Source: Ignavibacteria bacterium UBA6688 (lineage in GTDB: Bacteria; Bacteroidota; Ignavibacteria; UBA10030). Taken from it: DNA of 39,381 nt. The notes beneath the pieces are model-generated. The model ran no database searches, was not told the origin of the DNA, and worked only from the letters and a program-made list of their open reading frames with translations. Made by a program: the position numbers and the translations under genes. The stretch is from assembly GCA_002454845.1 (NCBI GenBank), contig DKJQ01000348.1, forward strand, positions 1 to 39,381, in the 5' to 3' direction. Shown one piece after another: positions 20,734 to 28,807 of the stretch. The number at the start of each line of letters is the position of its first letter. Position 1 is the first letter of the stretch.

Positions 20734-21554
20734 CAGGCATGCTCCGTCCGTCGTTTTCCGGAAAGGACCATCCAGCCGGCGAGTCCGACGATCATCAGGC
20801 CTACGGCGATAACCTGTGCCTCGGATAGTCCCAAGGCAATGCGGGGGTTCAACCGCAGGAATTCAATGGAAAACCGCTCCAATCCGGCAAGCATGAGGTA
20901 AAGTGTAAACATCCTTCCGTTTCCATGGATGCTCTTTCGATAGCGCCAGAGTATCGAGAAAATGATTGCGCAGAATATCAACTCGTACACGGGAGTGGGG
21001 TGGCAAAGGATGTTATCCGGGACGACTCCGCCGGGATACCTTCCGGTGATTTCCGGGAAGCCTCTGAAGGCGACGGACGGGGGATAGGTGCCATTGGAAT
21101 AATCGGTTCCCCATGGCAGGTCGGTCGGAAATCCATAGTCACCATCCCCCGCAAAATGGCATCCGAGGCGTGCAATGCCGTACCCCAGGATCAGGCCGGG
21201 TGACACGGCGTCTGCAATGGAAAAGAACCGGACCTTCTTGCTCCTGGCGTACAGAAAAATCATCAGGGTGGCGAGAAGGAATCCCCCGTAAAAGGTCAGA
21301 CCCGTGGGGGAAAAGGCCATTCCCATCGGGTCGGCAATGAATTGCCCCCAATGCTCTATGAGGAACAGGAGTTTCGATCCAGCAATTCCTGCCACCACAG
21401 CGATCATGGTGACGGTGTTCCCGATGTTGGGATCGATGTTCTTTCTCTTCAGCTCCGCGCCCAGGAGATAGCTTGCAACGATGAACCCAACCGCGAGCAT
21501 GAGTCCATAGCTGTAGATGGTGAAAGGGCCTATTTCAAGTAGTCGTGGACACAT
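20733..21554 (-). CDS. lgt: Prolipoprotein diacylglyceryl transferase
   Basis: MCPRLLEIGPFTIYSYGLMLAVGFIVA... is the typical Lgt N-terminus, with multiple TM helices and GIARLGCHFAGDGDYG. I prefer the start at 21554 over the track's 21593, because it avoids overlapping the upstream ORF. Confidence 0.9.
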   Translation of the reverse strand: MCPRLLEIGPFTIYSYGLMLAVGFIVASYLLGAELKRKNIDPNIGNTVTMIAVVAGIAGSKLLFLIEHWGQFIADPMGMAFSPTGLTFYGGFLLATLMIFLYARSKKVRFFSIADAVSPGLILGYGIARLGCHFAGDGDYGFPTDLPWGTDYSNGTYPPSVAFRGFPEITGRYPGGVVPDNILCHPTPVYELIFCAIIFSILWRYRKSIHGNGRMFTLYLMLAGLERFSIEFLRLNPRIALGLSEAQVIAVGLMIVGLAGWMVLSGKRRTEHA

Positions 21555-21561
21555 CGTCTTC

Positions 21562-21963
21562 TCAGGAAAGTGGTATGGGTTGTGGCGAAACACGAATAAA
21601 GGAAGTGCCGTTCATGCCGTCGATCGTGATCCCTTGCTCGGAGATGTTCAGTGTGAACTCGTTGAAGTCATCGTCGAGCTTCGTGACGTGGAGCCGGTAG
21701 ATCCCGTTGAGGTTGAGATACTCCCGCACTCCTCTGGCAGGCCCGACATCCGGCATCGTGAGGGGGGTGGTGCGAATTCCCCGGATCTTCAGGCTGATGG
21801 TGTTCCCCTCGACGTCGCTTTCGATGAGGATCTCGTAGCGAAAGCTGATAAATTCCTTGACCGTTTGAACGACAAACACGGTGCTGGTGGTTTGGGTGCG
21901 TTCCTCGAATCGCGGAAAGACATTGAGCGTATATTCCGGATCTGCCTGCTTTCTCCTGGGCAT
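21562..21963 (-). CDS. Hypothetical protein (about 133 aa), packed between hisS and lgt
   Basis: The ATG at 21963 lies 2 nt after the hisS stop; an alternative GTG at 21969 overlaps hisS by 4 nt. It ends 7 nt before the lgt start. I recognise no motif, and the sequence looks beta-rich. Confidence 0.5.
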   Translation of the reverse strand: MPRRKQADPEYTLNVFPRFEERTQTTSTVFVVQTVKEFISFRYEILIESDVEGNTISLKIRGIRTTPLTMPDVGPARGVREYLNLNGIYRLHVTKLDDDFNEFTLNISEQGITIDGMNGTSFIRVSPQPIPLS

Positions 21964-21965
21964 GC

Positions 21966-23222
21966 TCACACCAGTGCAGATTCAAGTTCGCCGAGGGGGA
22001 CAGTTCGTTCTTCCCCCCCCACCATGTGCTTCAAGCGGCCTGCTCCTGCCTGCAACTCCGTTTCTCCGATCACCATCACAAAACGGGCCTGTTGCCGGTT
22101 GGCTTCACGCATTTGTGCCTTGAGGCTGCGCTGAAGAAAATCGGTCTCGACTGCAAATCCTCTCTTGCGCAGTTCCTGTGTTTTCGAAAAAGCCCATCGC
22201 CGCGAGGGGTCATCGATGGCTGCAATGAACAGGTCGGGTCCCCGCATCGTTCCGGCTGGTGCCCCCGTTTTCTCCAGGACGATCATGAGCCGCTCGAGTC
22301 CGGCAGCAAACCCGACACCAGGGGTTGCCTTTCCTCCAAGTTCTTCCACCAGGAGGTCATATCTCCCGCCGCCTGCGAGGGCATCCTGCGAACCGAGCGC
22401 CGAGCTGGTGATTTCGAACGCTGTTTTTGTATAGTAATCGAGGCCGCGGACCAGCCTTCCGTTGATCTCAAACGGCGTTCCGGTCGCGTGGAGCAGCGAC
22501 TGCACCTCCTCAAAGTGTGTTCGACATTCGGTGCAAAGATGATCCTTGATCAGGGGGGCGGCTTGCGTCATCTCCTGATCGCCTTCATTCTTGGAGTCCA
22601 GCACTCTCATGGGATTTTGCTGTACCCGGGCCTGACTTTCCGGTGACAGTCGGTCGAACACTTTTGTCAGCGCGACGATAAGCTTATCCTTATACGCGGG
22701 CCGGCATTTTTCACACCCGACCGAATTGATATTCAGTGCGAGGGGTTTCACCCCGAGCTCGCCGTAGACGTGCAGGGGAAGGAGCATCATCTCGACGTCG
22801 AGTTGGGGGGATTGGCTTCCCAGGGCTTCTGCGCCGAATTGATGAAATTGTCTCAAGCGACCCGCTTGTGGCCGTTCCTGGCGGAACATAGGGCCGCAAT
22901 AGGAGAGCTTGATGAGGGGGGCCTGCTCACCAAGATTGTGTTGAATATACGCGCGCAAGACAGAGGCCGTTCCCTCCGGTTTCAGCGTGAGACTTTCCCC
23001 GCTCCGGTCCGGGAAGGTATACATCTCCTTGGTAACGATATCGGTCAGCTCACCGATGCTCCGGGCAAAGAGGGCCGTCTGTTCAAAGACAGGGGTGCGG
23101 ATCTCGCGGTAGCCGGCCCGATGCATGACGCTGCGAACCACCGCTTCCACATGCTGCCAGAGGCCGCTTTCTTCCGGCAGGATGTCTTTCGTACCTTTGA
23201 TCGATCTAAACTTCACAACCAA
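21966..23222 (-). CDS. hisS: Histidine--tRNA ligase
   Basis: 418 aa. Class II motifs LSYCGPMFRQERPQAGRLRQFHQFG and ALAGGGRYD, with an anticodon-binding C-terminal domain. Confidence 0.97.
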   Translation of the reverse strand: MVVKFRSIKGTKDILPEESGLWQHVEAVVRSVMHRAGYREIRTPVFEQTALFARSIGELTDIVTKEMYTFPDRSGESLTLKPEGTASVLRAYIQHNLGEQAPLIKLSYCGPMFRQERPQAGRLRQFHQFGAEALGSQSPQLDVEMMLLPLHVYGELGVKPLALNINSVGCEKCRPAYKDKLIVALTKVFDRLSPESQARVQQNPMRVLDSKNEGDQEMTQAAPLIKDHLCTECRTHFEEVQSLLHATGTPFEINGRLVRGLDYYTKTAFEITSSALGSQDALAGGGRYDLLVEELGGKATPGVGFAAGLERLMIVLEKTGAPAGTMRGPDLFIAAIDDPSRRWAFSKTQELRKRGFAVETDFLQRSLKAQMREANRQQARFVMVIGETELQAGAGRLKHMVGGEERTVPLGELESALV

Positions 23223-23284
23223 GCCTCAGAACGTAGTGACTGCAAGGGTGTACAAATGTCGGACATGATACAAAAGAATGTGTG

Positions 23285-23310
23285 GAAAATCGAGCCCGAC
23301 CGAAGGGCCC
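23285..23310 (-). terminator. Weak intrinsic-terminator candidate after ptsN
   Basis: The minus strand reads GGGCCC-ttcggtc-GGGCTC (6 bp including one G-U) followed by GATTTTCC. The U-run is short and the stem modest. Confidence 0.3.
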
Positions 23311-23333
23311 ATGCTTGGGGGAGGCGATCGCGG

Positions 23334-23804
23334 TTACGCTTCGAAGTGAGTCTCTTCTTCCTGTCGGAAGATCTCGAGAACTTCAGCAGGGGATTGTGCG
23401 TCCAGGAGCCGCTTGCGGAATTCCTCCCGGTTCATCAGTCGTGAGATGCGGCTCAGCAGCTTGATATGTGGGCCGACCATGTTGTCTCTTCCGACAAGCA
23501 GGAAAACAATACGAACCGGTTGGTCGTCGAGGGCCTGATAGTCGATCGGTTCCGCCGTAATGGCGAACGCGGCAACGATGTCGCTGACGGCGTCCGTTTT
23601 TCCATGGGGGATGGCAAAGCCCGACCCGACGCCTGTGGACATGATCTTCTCCCGTTCGAAGATGGCCTCCCGCATCTTCTCCTTGTCCAGAACCCGTTCC
23701 TGGGTTGCAGCAAGGTCGATCATGGCGTTGATGATCTCCATCTTGGAGGTGCCCGGAAGTTGGGTGCGGACAACCTGTTCATGTAGAATTTCAGCAATCT
23801 TCAT
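23334..23804 (-). CDS. ptsN: PTS EIIA-type-2 domain protein (nitrogen regulatory EIIA-Ntr-like)
   Basis: 156 aa. STGVGSGFAIPHGKTD carries the phosphorylatable His, and VRIVFLLVG is also present. Confidence 0.85.
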   Translation of the reverse strand: MKIAEILHEQVVRTQLPGTSKMEIINAMIDLAATQERVLDKEKMREAIFEREKIMSTGVGSGFAIPHGKTDAVSDIVAAFAITAEPIDYQALDDQPVRIVFLLVGRDNMVGPHIKLLSRISRLMNREEFRKRLLDAQSPAEVLEIFRQEEETHFEA

Positions 23805-23843
23805 ACGCGCTCCACGCTCAGGGTAGACTCATGCCAGCTTGCG

Positions 23844-26354
23844 TTATTCGTTCTTGATCCACTGCTGCAGCTTCTCCGCATACTCGCCCGCCAGACTTTC
23901 TGCAAAGCCCGGGTCCTCGGATTCGGCGTTGATATGAAACAACGGACGCGTCCGGTCCGGGCTTAGGAGCACCGACGTGCGGTCGTCTTGTTGTCGAGGG
24001 AACAGCTTCACCCCGTCAATCAACTCCCGCCGGATCCGTTCCGAGTCCTTCATGAGATGCCGCATGACCCGCCCCTTGACGCTCCATGAACAAGGAACGG
24101 CTTTTTTGACCAAATGCAAGTGGGGCGTTTCCCGGTCCAGTTCCCCCAGGCGTTTCTTTGTCTGCGCGAGGCATTCAAGGAGCTTCGCGACAGAATACAT
24201 CCCGTCCGAGGCAAACAGGAAATCGTTGTAAATGAAGCCCCCCTTGGTTCCGCCGACAAACCGGTTTTGCTTGTCTGCAGCGGCTTCCATCAGGGCGAGA
24301 TGATTATCGCGGGTCTTCAGGACCGTCAGGTTATATTCTTCCGCCAGCAAATCGATTTCCCCGGAAGCCGAAATCGGGACGGCAATACGTTTGATATCGG
24401 GATAGGCCAGGACCACGAGCTTCGTCATCAGCGTGAGGAGGCGGTCATTGTTGATGTGCCTGCCATGCTCATCCACGACGAGAATCTTTTCGGCACCGGG
24501 GTCCAGCATGCATCCCAGGTCGTACTTGAGAGAGGTCACGACATGGGACAATTCCCTCAGGGACTGATCGATCTCTTCGCGGCTCCGCGTCAGTTTCTTG
24601 TTGTCGAGGTACGCGTGCAGGGAAACGACCTGGACGTTCAGGTTGCCCAGGATGTTTGGGAAGATCGTGGAGGCAATACCGTTGGAATAATCAATGACGA
24701 GCTTGAGCCCGGCCGACTTGATGGTGTTGATGTTGATGGTCTTCAGGAACCGCTCGATGTACGCTTCCGTCGCTCGTTCGGGAAAGCGTACCGTCCCCAC
24801 GGCGTCGTACGTGGAACGTGTAAAATCCTCCCCAAAGAAGAGCCGTTCAACAGATTTGGATTTATTGGTCGGGAGATCTTTGCCGTCGGCATCGAAGAAA
24901 ATGATGTCCGTGAACTGCTTGTTGTACGGTGATTTACGGACGTGGACTCCCCCCCGCTCCTTGCCGGCCCGAAGTTCATGCCGGACAATGGGGATGGAGG
25001 TTGCCCGAAGGTCGTCGCAGTCTACGCCGGCAGACATCAGACCGCACATGAAAGACCTGTTGATCATGCGGGAGACATTGTCGGAATCGCGGCTGGTCAC
25101 GACCGTCGAACCTGCTCCGACGAACGCGCCGAATGCCGCTCCTAACTTTGCCGCAAATTCGGGGTTCATTTCGATATTGGAAATACCGCTCACGCGCGCT
25201 TCCGCAAATAATTCCCTCAGCCATCGATCTTCCCACACGAGGCTGCGGGTGACGATCGCGCCCTCCTCGACGACTTTTTCCGGCCAAAGCTTGATGTTGG
25301 CCATGAGCCGGCTGCGCTTGCCAATGATGCATTGATCGCCAATGAAGACATTTTCGGAGATGATCGCATCGTCACCGAGAATACATTTTGTTCCAATGAC
25401 ATCGGTTGAAACTTCCGTGTTGGCACCAACCTGTGTTCCGTTCCAGACAACGCTGTTCCGCACGATGCTCCCGGGAAGGAGCTCACAATCGTCCCCGATA
25501 ACCGAATTGGAGATGACAACATCAGGGTGGATGCGGGCATTTTTTCCTATCAACACGGTCCCGGTCAGGTTTGCCGGGTCGGTTTCTACCCTGGTATTCG
25601 GGCCGACATATGCGCTCCCGCGGCGTTCGCCCGGCATGGTTGTTCGCACGGAGCCGTGAAGGGCATCGGAGTGTGCGTCCTGGTATTCGTTTAGGTTCCC
25701 AATGTCGCGCCAGTATCCTTCAGCGACGTACCCGTACAATCCCATATCACGATCGAGCATCAGGGGGAAGAGGCCCTTGCTGAAATCGAACTCCTCTTTT
25801 GGAGGGATCAGCTCCAGAATTTCCGGCTCAAGGATATAGATTCCGGTGTTGATCGTATCGCTGAAGACCTCTCCCCAGGACGGCTTTTCCAAAAACCGTG
25901 TGATCTTTCCATCGTCGCGGGTGAGAACGACGCCGTACTGGAGGGGGTTGGAGGAGCGCGTCAGGACGATCGTCGCCTTGGCTTTTTTCTCCTGATGATA
26001 CCGCATCGCGGCGGAGATGTCGAAGTCGGTAAAAACATCGCCGCTGATGATGAGGAATCGTTGATCCAGGAAATCTTTTGCATTGCGTACGCTCCCCGCA
26101 GTCCCGTAATCCGCTTCGGCTTTCCGGTACTGCATTTGGACACCGAAAGCGCTCCCGTCGCCGAAATGATTCGAGATGACCTCGGGCTGGTAATAGAGCG
26201 TTGCAACGATATCGGTGATGGCATGTGTTTTCAGCAGTTCAACAATATGCTCCATCATGGGCCTGTTGAGCATCGGCACCATCGGCTTGGGAATGTTGCA
26301 GGTCAGAGGGCGCAGGCGGGTTCCGAATCCTCCCGCCATGATAACTGCTTTCAT
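23844..26354 (-). CDS. Bifunctional sugar-1-phosphate nucleotidyltransferase / phosphohexomutase (ManC-like + left-handed beta-helix + PMM/PGM)
   Basis: 836 aa. MKAVIMAGGFGTRLRPLTCNIPKPMVPM is the NTP-transferase domain. Hexapeptide repeats occupy the middle (IGDDCELLPGSIVRNSVVWNGTQVG...). The C-terminal half is alpha-D-phosphohexomutase-like. Confidence 0.85.
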   Translation of the reverse strand: MKAVIMAGGFGTRLRPLTCNIPKPMVPMLNRPMMEHIVELLKTHAITDIVATLYYQPEVISNHFGDGSAFGVQMQYRKAEADYGTAGSVRNAKDFLDQRFLIISGDVFTDFDISAAMRYHQEKKAKATIVLTRSSNPLQYGVVLTRDDGKITRFLEKPSWGEVFSDTINTGIYILEPEILELIPPKEEFDFSKGLFPLMLDRDMGLYGYVAEGYWRDIGNLNEYQDAHSDALHGSVRTTMPGERRGSAYVGPNTRVETDPANLTGTVLIGKNARIHPDVVISNSVIGDDCELLPGSIVRNSVVWNGTQVGANTEVSTDVIGTKCILGDDAIISENVFIGDQCIIGKRSRLMANIKLWPEKVVEEGAIVTRSLVWEDRWLRELFAEARVSGISNIEMNPEFAAKLGAAFGAFVGAGSTVVTSRDSDNVSRMINRSFMCGLMSAGVDCDDLRATSIPIVRHELRAGKERGGVHVRKSPYNKQFTDIIFFDADGKDLPTNKSKSVERLFFGEDFTRSTYDAVGTVRFPERATEAYIERFLKTININTIKSAGLKLVIDYSNGIASTIFPNILGNLNVQVVSLHAYLDNKKLTRSREEIDQSLRELSHVVTSLKYDLGCMLDPGAEKILVVDEHGRHINNDRLLTLMTKLVVLAYPDIKRIAVPISASGEIDLLAEEYNLTVLKTRDNHLALMEAAADKQNRFVGGTKGGFIYNDFLFASDGMYSVAKLLECLAQTKKRLGELDRETPHLHLVKKAVPCSWSVKGRVMRHLMKDSERIRRELIDGVKLFPRQQDDRTSVLLSPDRTRPLFHINAESEDPGFAESLAGEYAEKLQQWIKNE

Positions 26355-26431
26355 CGGTGAGAAACGTTGAGGGTGAATGCAAACAGGAGTAGTTGCTTAA
26401 AATAGTATGGAAAAATGGCACTTCTCGCAAG

Positions 26432-26447
26432 CGCAATCTCTTCCCCA
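26432..26447 (-). promoter_or_regulatory. Weak sigma-54 (-24/-12)-like element facing the nucleotidyltransferase/mutase gene
   Basis: The minus strand reads TGGGGA-AGAGA-TTGCG. GG-N10-GC spacing is correct and TTGC is present, but the conserved C after GG is a G. Confidence 0.2.
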
Positions 26448-26548
26448 CACGCATTGGGAAACTGGGCGAAGCAAACGTCGGGAAACGATGAGGAACAGAT
26501 TCCTTCGGGGTTGGACGCTGAGTTTCACCTTGACTTTCTTTGCCTAAA

Positions 26549-26564
26549 TGGCTAAATTTGTGCA
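26549..26564 (+). promoter_or_regulatory. Candidate sigma-54 (-24/-12) promoter for the GAF-GGDEF gene
   Basis: TGGCTAAATTTGTGCA has TGGC at -24, correct GG-N10-GC spacing and GTGCA at -12 (consensus TTGCA). It lies about 50 nt upstream of the ATG at 26615. Confidence 0.3.
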
Positions 26565-26614
26565 CCTTTTCTGGGCCAGATTCACATCCATCAAGTGTAA
26601 GGATTGACGCCCGA

Positions 26615-28546
26615 ATGCTGAACACCATCCGTTCCTGGTTTAATGTTTTGCCGTTAAGACAGGAACTGGTTGTAGTTGCGGGCGTCGTTCTATTTTTGGT
26701 GGGATGGTTTGTTCCAGGCTCCATAGTCAAGCTTCTGGCCTTCGGATTAAGCGGAGTGGCTTTTGCCTACAGAGGTGTGGTCTGGTTACGGAGCGGCGTT
26801 CCTGCGGAAGGGGAGCAGGCGACGGAGCACTCTTCGATCACAACAAAGGAGCAGGATTCAGAAATGAAGAAACTCGTCTTCGACGACTTTCAACCGGGTG
26901 GTAAGCAGTTTCGCGTGGATTTCGTGGAGGAGACGAGGAATCAGGGTCCGGTACCGCCGCAGGCGCCACAGCGCGCAGAGCCTGAGCGGTCCGTCGCACT
27001 TTCCGAATACGAATTTCAATTATCCGATTTTGTGGACATTAACGAAGATTTGTTTGTGCGTGAGGGGGGGCCGAAGTCCGAGTTCGGTTTCCTGATGAAG
27101 AAAGTCCTCACCGTTGTCAAGGAAGTGCACTTCGCCCACTCCGTTGCATTCTTCTGGGTGAACCGTGAAAAAAACCAGATGGTGCTGGAAAGCTTCATCT
27201 CGGACAGCGAGAAATTCATGACGCATCGCCGCCGCGAGATGGGCAACGATGTCATCAGCCAGGTGGCGACGACCGGCCACCCGAGAATTCTCAACCACGT
27301 CAATGCGGCGGGCCAGCTTGAGATGCTCGGGTACTATGAAGGCATTGAGCCGGTAAAGACCTTCATCGCCGTCCCGATTTTCTATTCCAAGCTCCAGGGT
27401 ACCCCGAAGGAACCGGTCGCTGTACTGACGGTCGATTGCATTGATGATGATGCCTACGGCCCGGAGACTCTTGCGTCGTTGGGGCAGTTCACAAAATTGA
27501 TTTCGGCGCTGATCAAAAGCTATACGGACAAGTACGACCTGTTGCTCGATTCTGAGGTGCTCCGCTCCATCTCCCGGATCCGGGAGCAACTGAAGATGGA
27601 ATTCAGCCTGCACAATGCCATCAAGACTCTTGCCGAAGAGGCGTCGAAGCTCCTCTCGTGGGACTATATTACGATTGTGCTCTTCGATGAAGCGAGGAAA
27701 TCCTGGGTTGTCCAGTTCGTGATGAACCGGATGAACGATCCCTATGTGACGCCGACGCACGAAATTGACCCGCATCACAGCCTGGTGGGCAGCACCTTAC
27801 AATCTGCCACACCCAAAATCGTCGATCATGTCGATACAGCCGAGCTTCCCCGATTCTACAAGGCCGAACGGGTTGACGCGCACGGGAGCATGCTGATCCT
27901 CCCGATCAACTCGACGAACCGCTGTTACGGGGCGATGATCGTCGAAAGTAAGGACACCAAGGCCTATTCGGAAGCCGATGTCAAGCTTCTTCAGAAACTC
28001 GTCGATACCACCTCGTCCGCGCTGGAGATTTTCGCGCTGACGGACGTCGTGAACAACTATGTGCTTGTTGACGAAACAACGGGCGTTGCCACACGTAAAT
28101 ATTTCATAGAGCGGGTGCAGGAGGAGGTCCAGAGAGCAAACGATTTCGGCCTGGACCTGACGGTCGTCATGTGCTCCATCGATTCGATGAATGATCACTT
28201 GCAGCGGTATGGCAAGGAAGGGTTTGATTTCGTTCTTCAAAATGTAGCCCGTATGATCAGGGCCTCTGTTCGTCCGTATGACCTCATCGGCCGGTACGAC
28301 TTCAACCGGTTCGCGATCATGTTGATCAGCACGGACAAGAACGAATCATCGTTATGGGCCGAGAAACTTCGAAGGAATATTGCCAGTAATATTATTAATG
28401 TGGATCAGAAGAGCTTTTCAGTAACGATCAGTATCGGCGTTTGCGGAGCAGTCAGCCAGACAAGCGATATCGAGCTGCTCGAAAATGCCAGCCAGACGCT
28501 GAAGAAGGCGATCGAAGCCGGCGGTAATATCGTGAGGGTGTACTAA
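26615..28546 (+). CDS. Membrane-anchored 2xGAF + degenerate GGDEF domain protein
   Basis: The ATG at 26615 has AAGGA about 10 nt upstream; the track's TTG at 26540 would overlap the promoter-like region. Two N-terminal hydrophobic helices are followed by two GAF-like segments and a GGDEF-family domain (VDETTGVATRKYF...VMCSIDSMNDHLQRYGKEGFDFVL...). The signature reads RPYDLIGRYDFNRFAIML: DFNRF in place of GGDEF, with RxxD retained. Confidence 0.85.
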   Translation: MLNTIRSWFNVLPLRQELVVVAGVVLFLVGWFVPGSIVKLLAFGLSGVAFAYRGVVWLRSGVPAEGEQATEHSSITTKEQDSEMKKLVFDDFQPGGKQFRVDFVEETRNQGPVPPQAPQRAEPERSVALSEYEFQLSDFVDINEDLFVREGGPKSEFGFLMKKVLTVVKEVHFAHSVAFFWVNREKNQMVLESFISDSEKFMTHRRREMGNDVISQVATTGHPRILNHVNAAGQLEMLGYYEGIEPVKTFIAVPIFYSKLQGTPKEPVAVLTVDCIDDDAYGPETLASLGQFTKLISALIKSYTDKYDLLLDSEVLRSISRIREQLKMEFSLHNAIKTLAEEASKLLSWDYITIVLFDEARKSWVVQFVMNRMNDPYVTPTHEIDPHHSLVGSTLQSATPKIVDHVDTAELPRFYKAERVDAHGSMLILPINSTNRCYGAMIVESKDTKAYSEADVKLLQKLVDTTSSALEIFALTDVVNNYVLVDETTGVATRKYFIERVQEEVQRANDFGLDLTVVMCSIDSMNDHLQRYGKEGFDFVLQNVARMIRASVRPYDLIGRYDFNRFAIMLISTDKNESSLWAEKLRRNIASNIINVDQKSFSVTISIGVCGAVSQTSDIELLENASQTLKKAIEAGGNIVRVY

Positions 28547-28570
28547 CACATGTGATTTTCGGAGGAACGT

Positions 28571-28765
28571 ATGGCAAAGCAACAAGATTTTGCAGAGAAA
28601 GCTAAAAAAGGAATGCAGGAAAAAGGGACGAAGTGCCCGAAATGCGGCTCGGTCAAGACTCCGACCATGTACGTGCAATCCGTCCGCACCCCGGACGGAA
28701 CATATCGGTTCAACCGGTCGCATGTGCAGGTCTGCAAGTGCAACGAAAAGATGGTGTTCGCGTAA
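28571..28765 (+). CDS. Small zinc-ribbon-like protein (64 aa)
   Basis: A strong SD (GGAGGA) lies 5 nt upstream of the ATG. The protein has CPKCG ... CKCN, four Cys in two knuckles, and a basic N-terminus. It sits 24 nt after the GGDEF gene. Confidence 0.6.
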   Translation: MAKQQDFAEKAKKGMQEKGTKCPKCGSVKTPTMYVQSVRTPDGTYRFNRSHVQVCKCNEKMVFA

Positions 28766-28807
28766 GAGCAGTTCCACTTCTCGTCATCCTCGAGTACAGT
28801 CCGCTTC

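Noticed and set aside
26416-26431. Perfect TGGCAC hexamer (sigma-54 -24 box look-alike) on the plus strand
   Set aside because: No GC dinucleotide lies at the obligatory GG-N10-GC distance; the nearest GCs are at N8 and N12. Sigma-54 spacing is strict, so this is probably fortuitous.
26540-26614. TTG-initiated N-terminal extension of the GAF-GGDEF ORF
   Set aside because: The extension (MPKWLNLCTFSGPDSHPSS...) has no signal or TM character and overlaps the promoter-like element. The ATG at 26615 has an SD-like AAGGA and starts right before the first TM helix.
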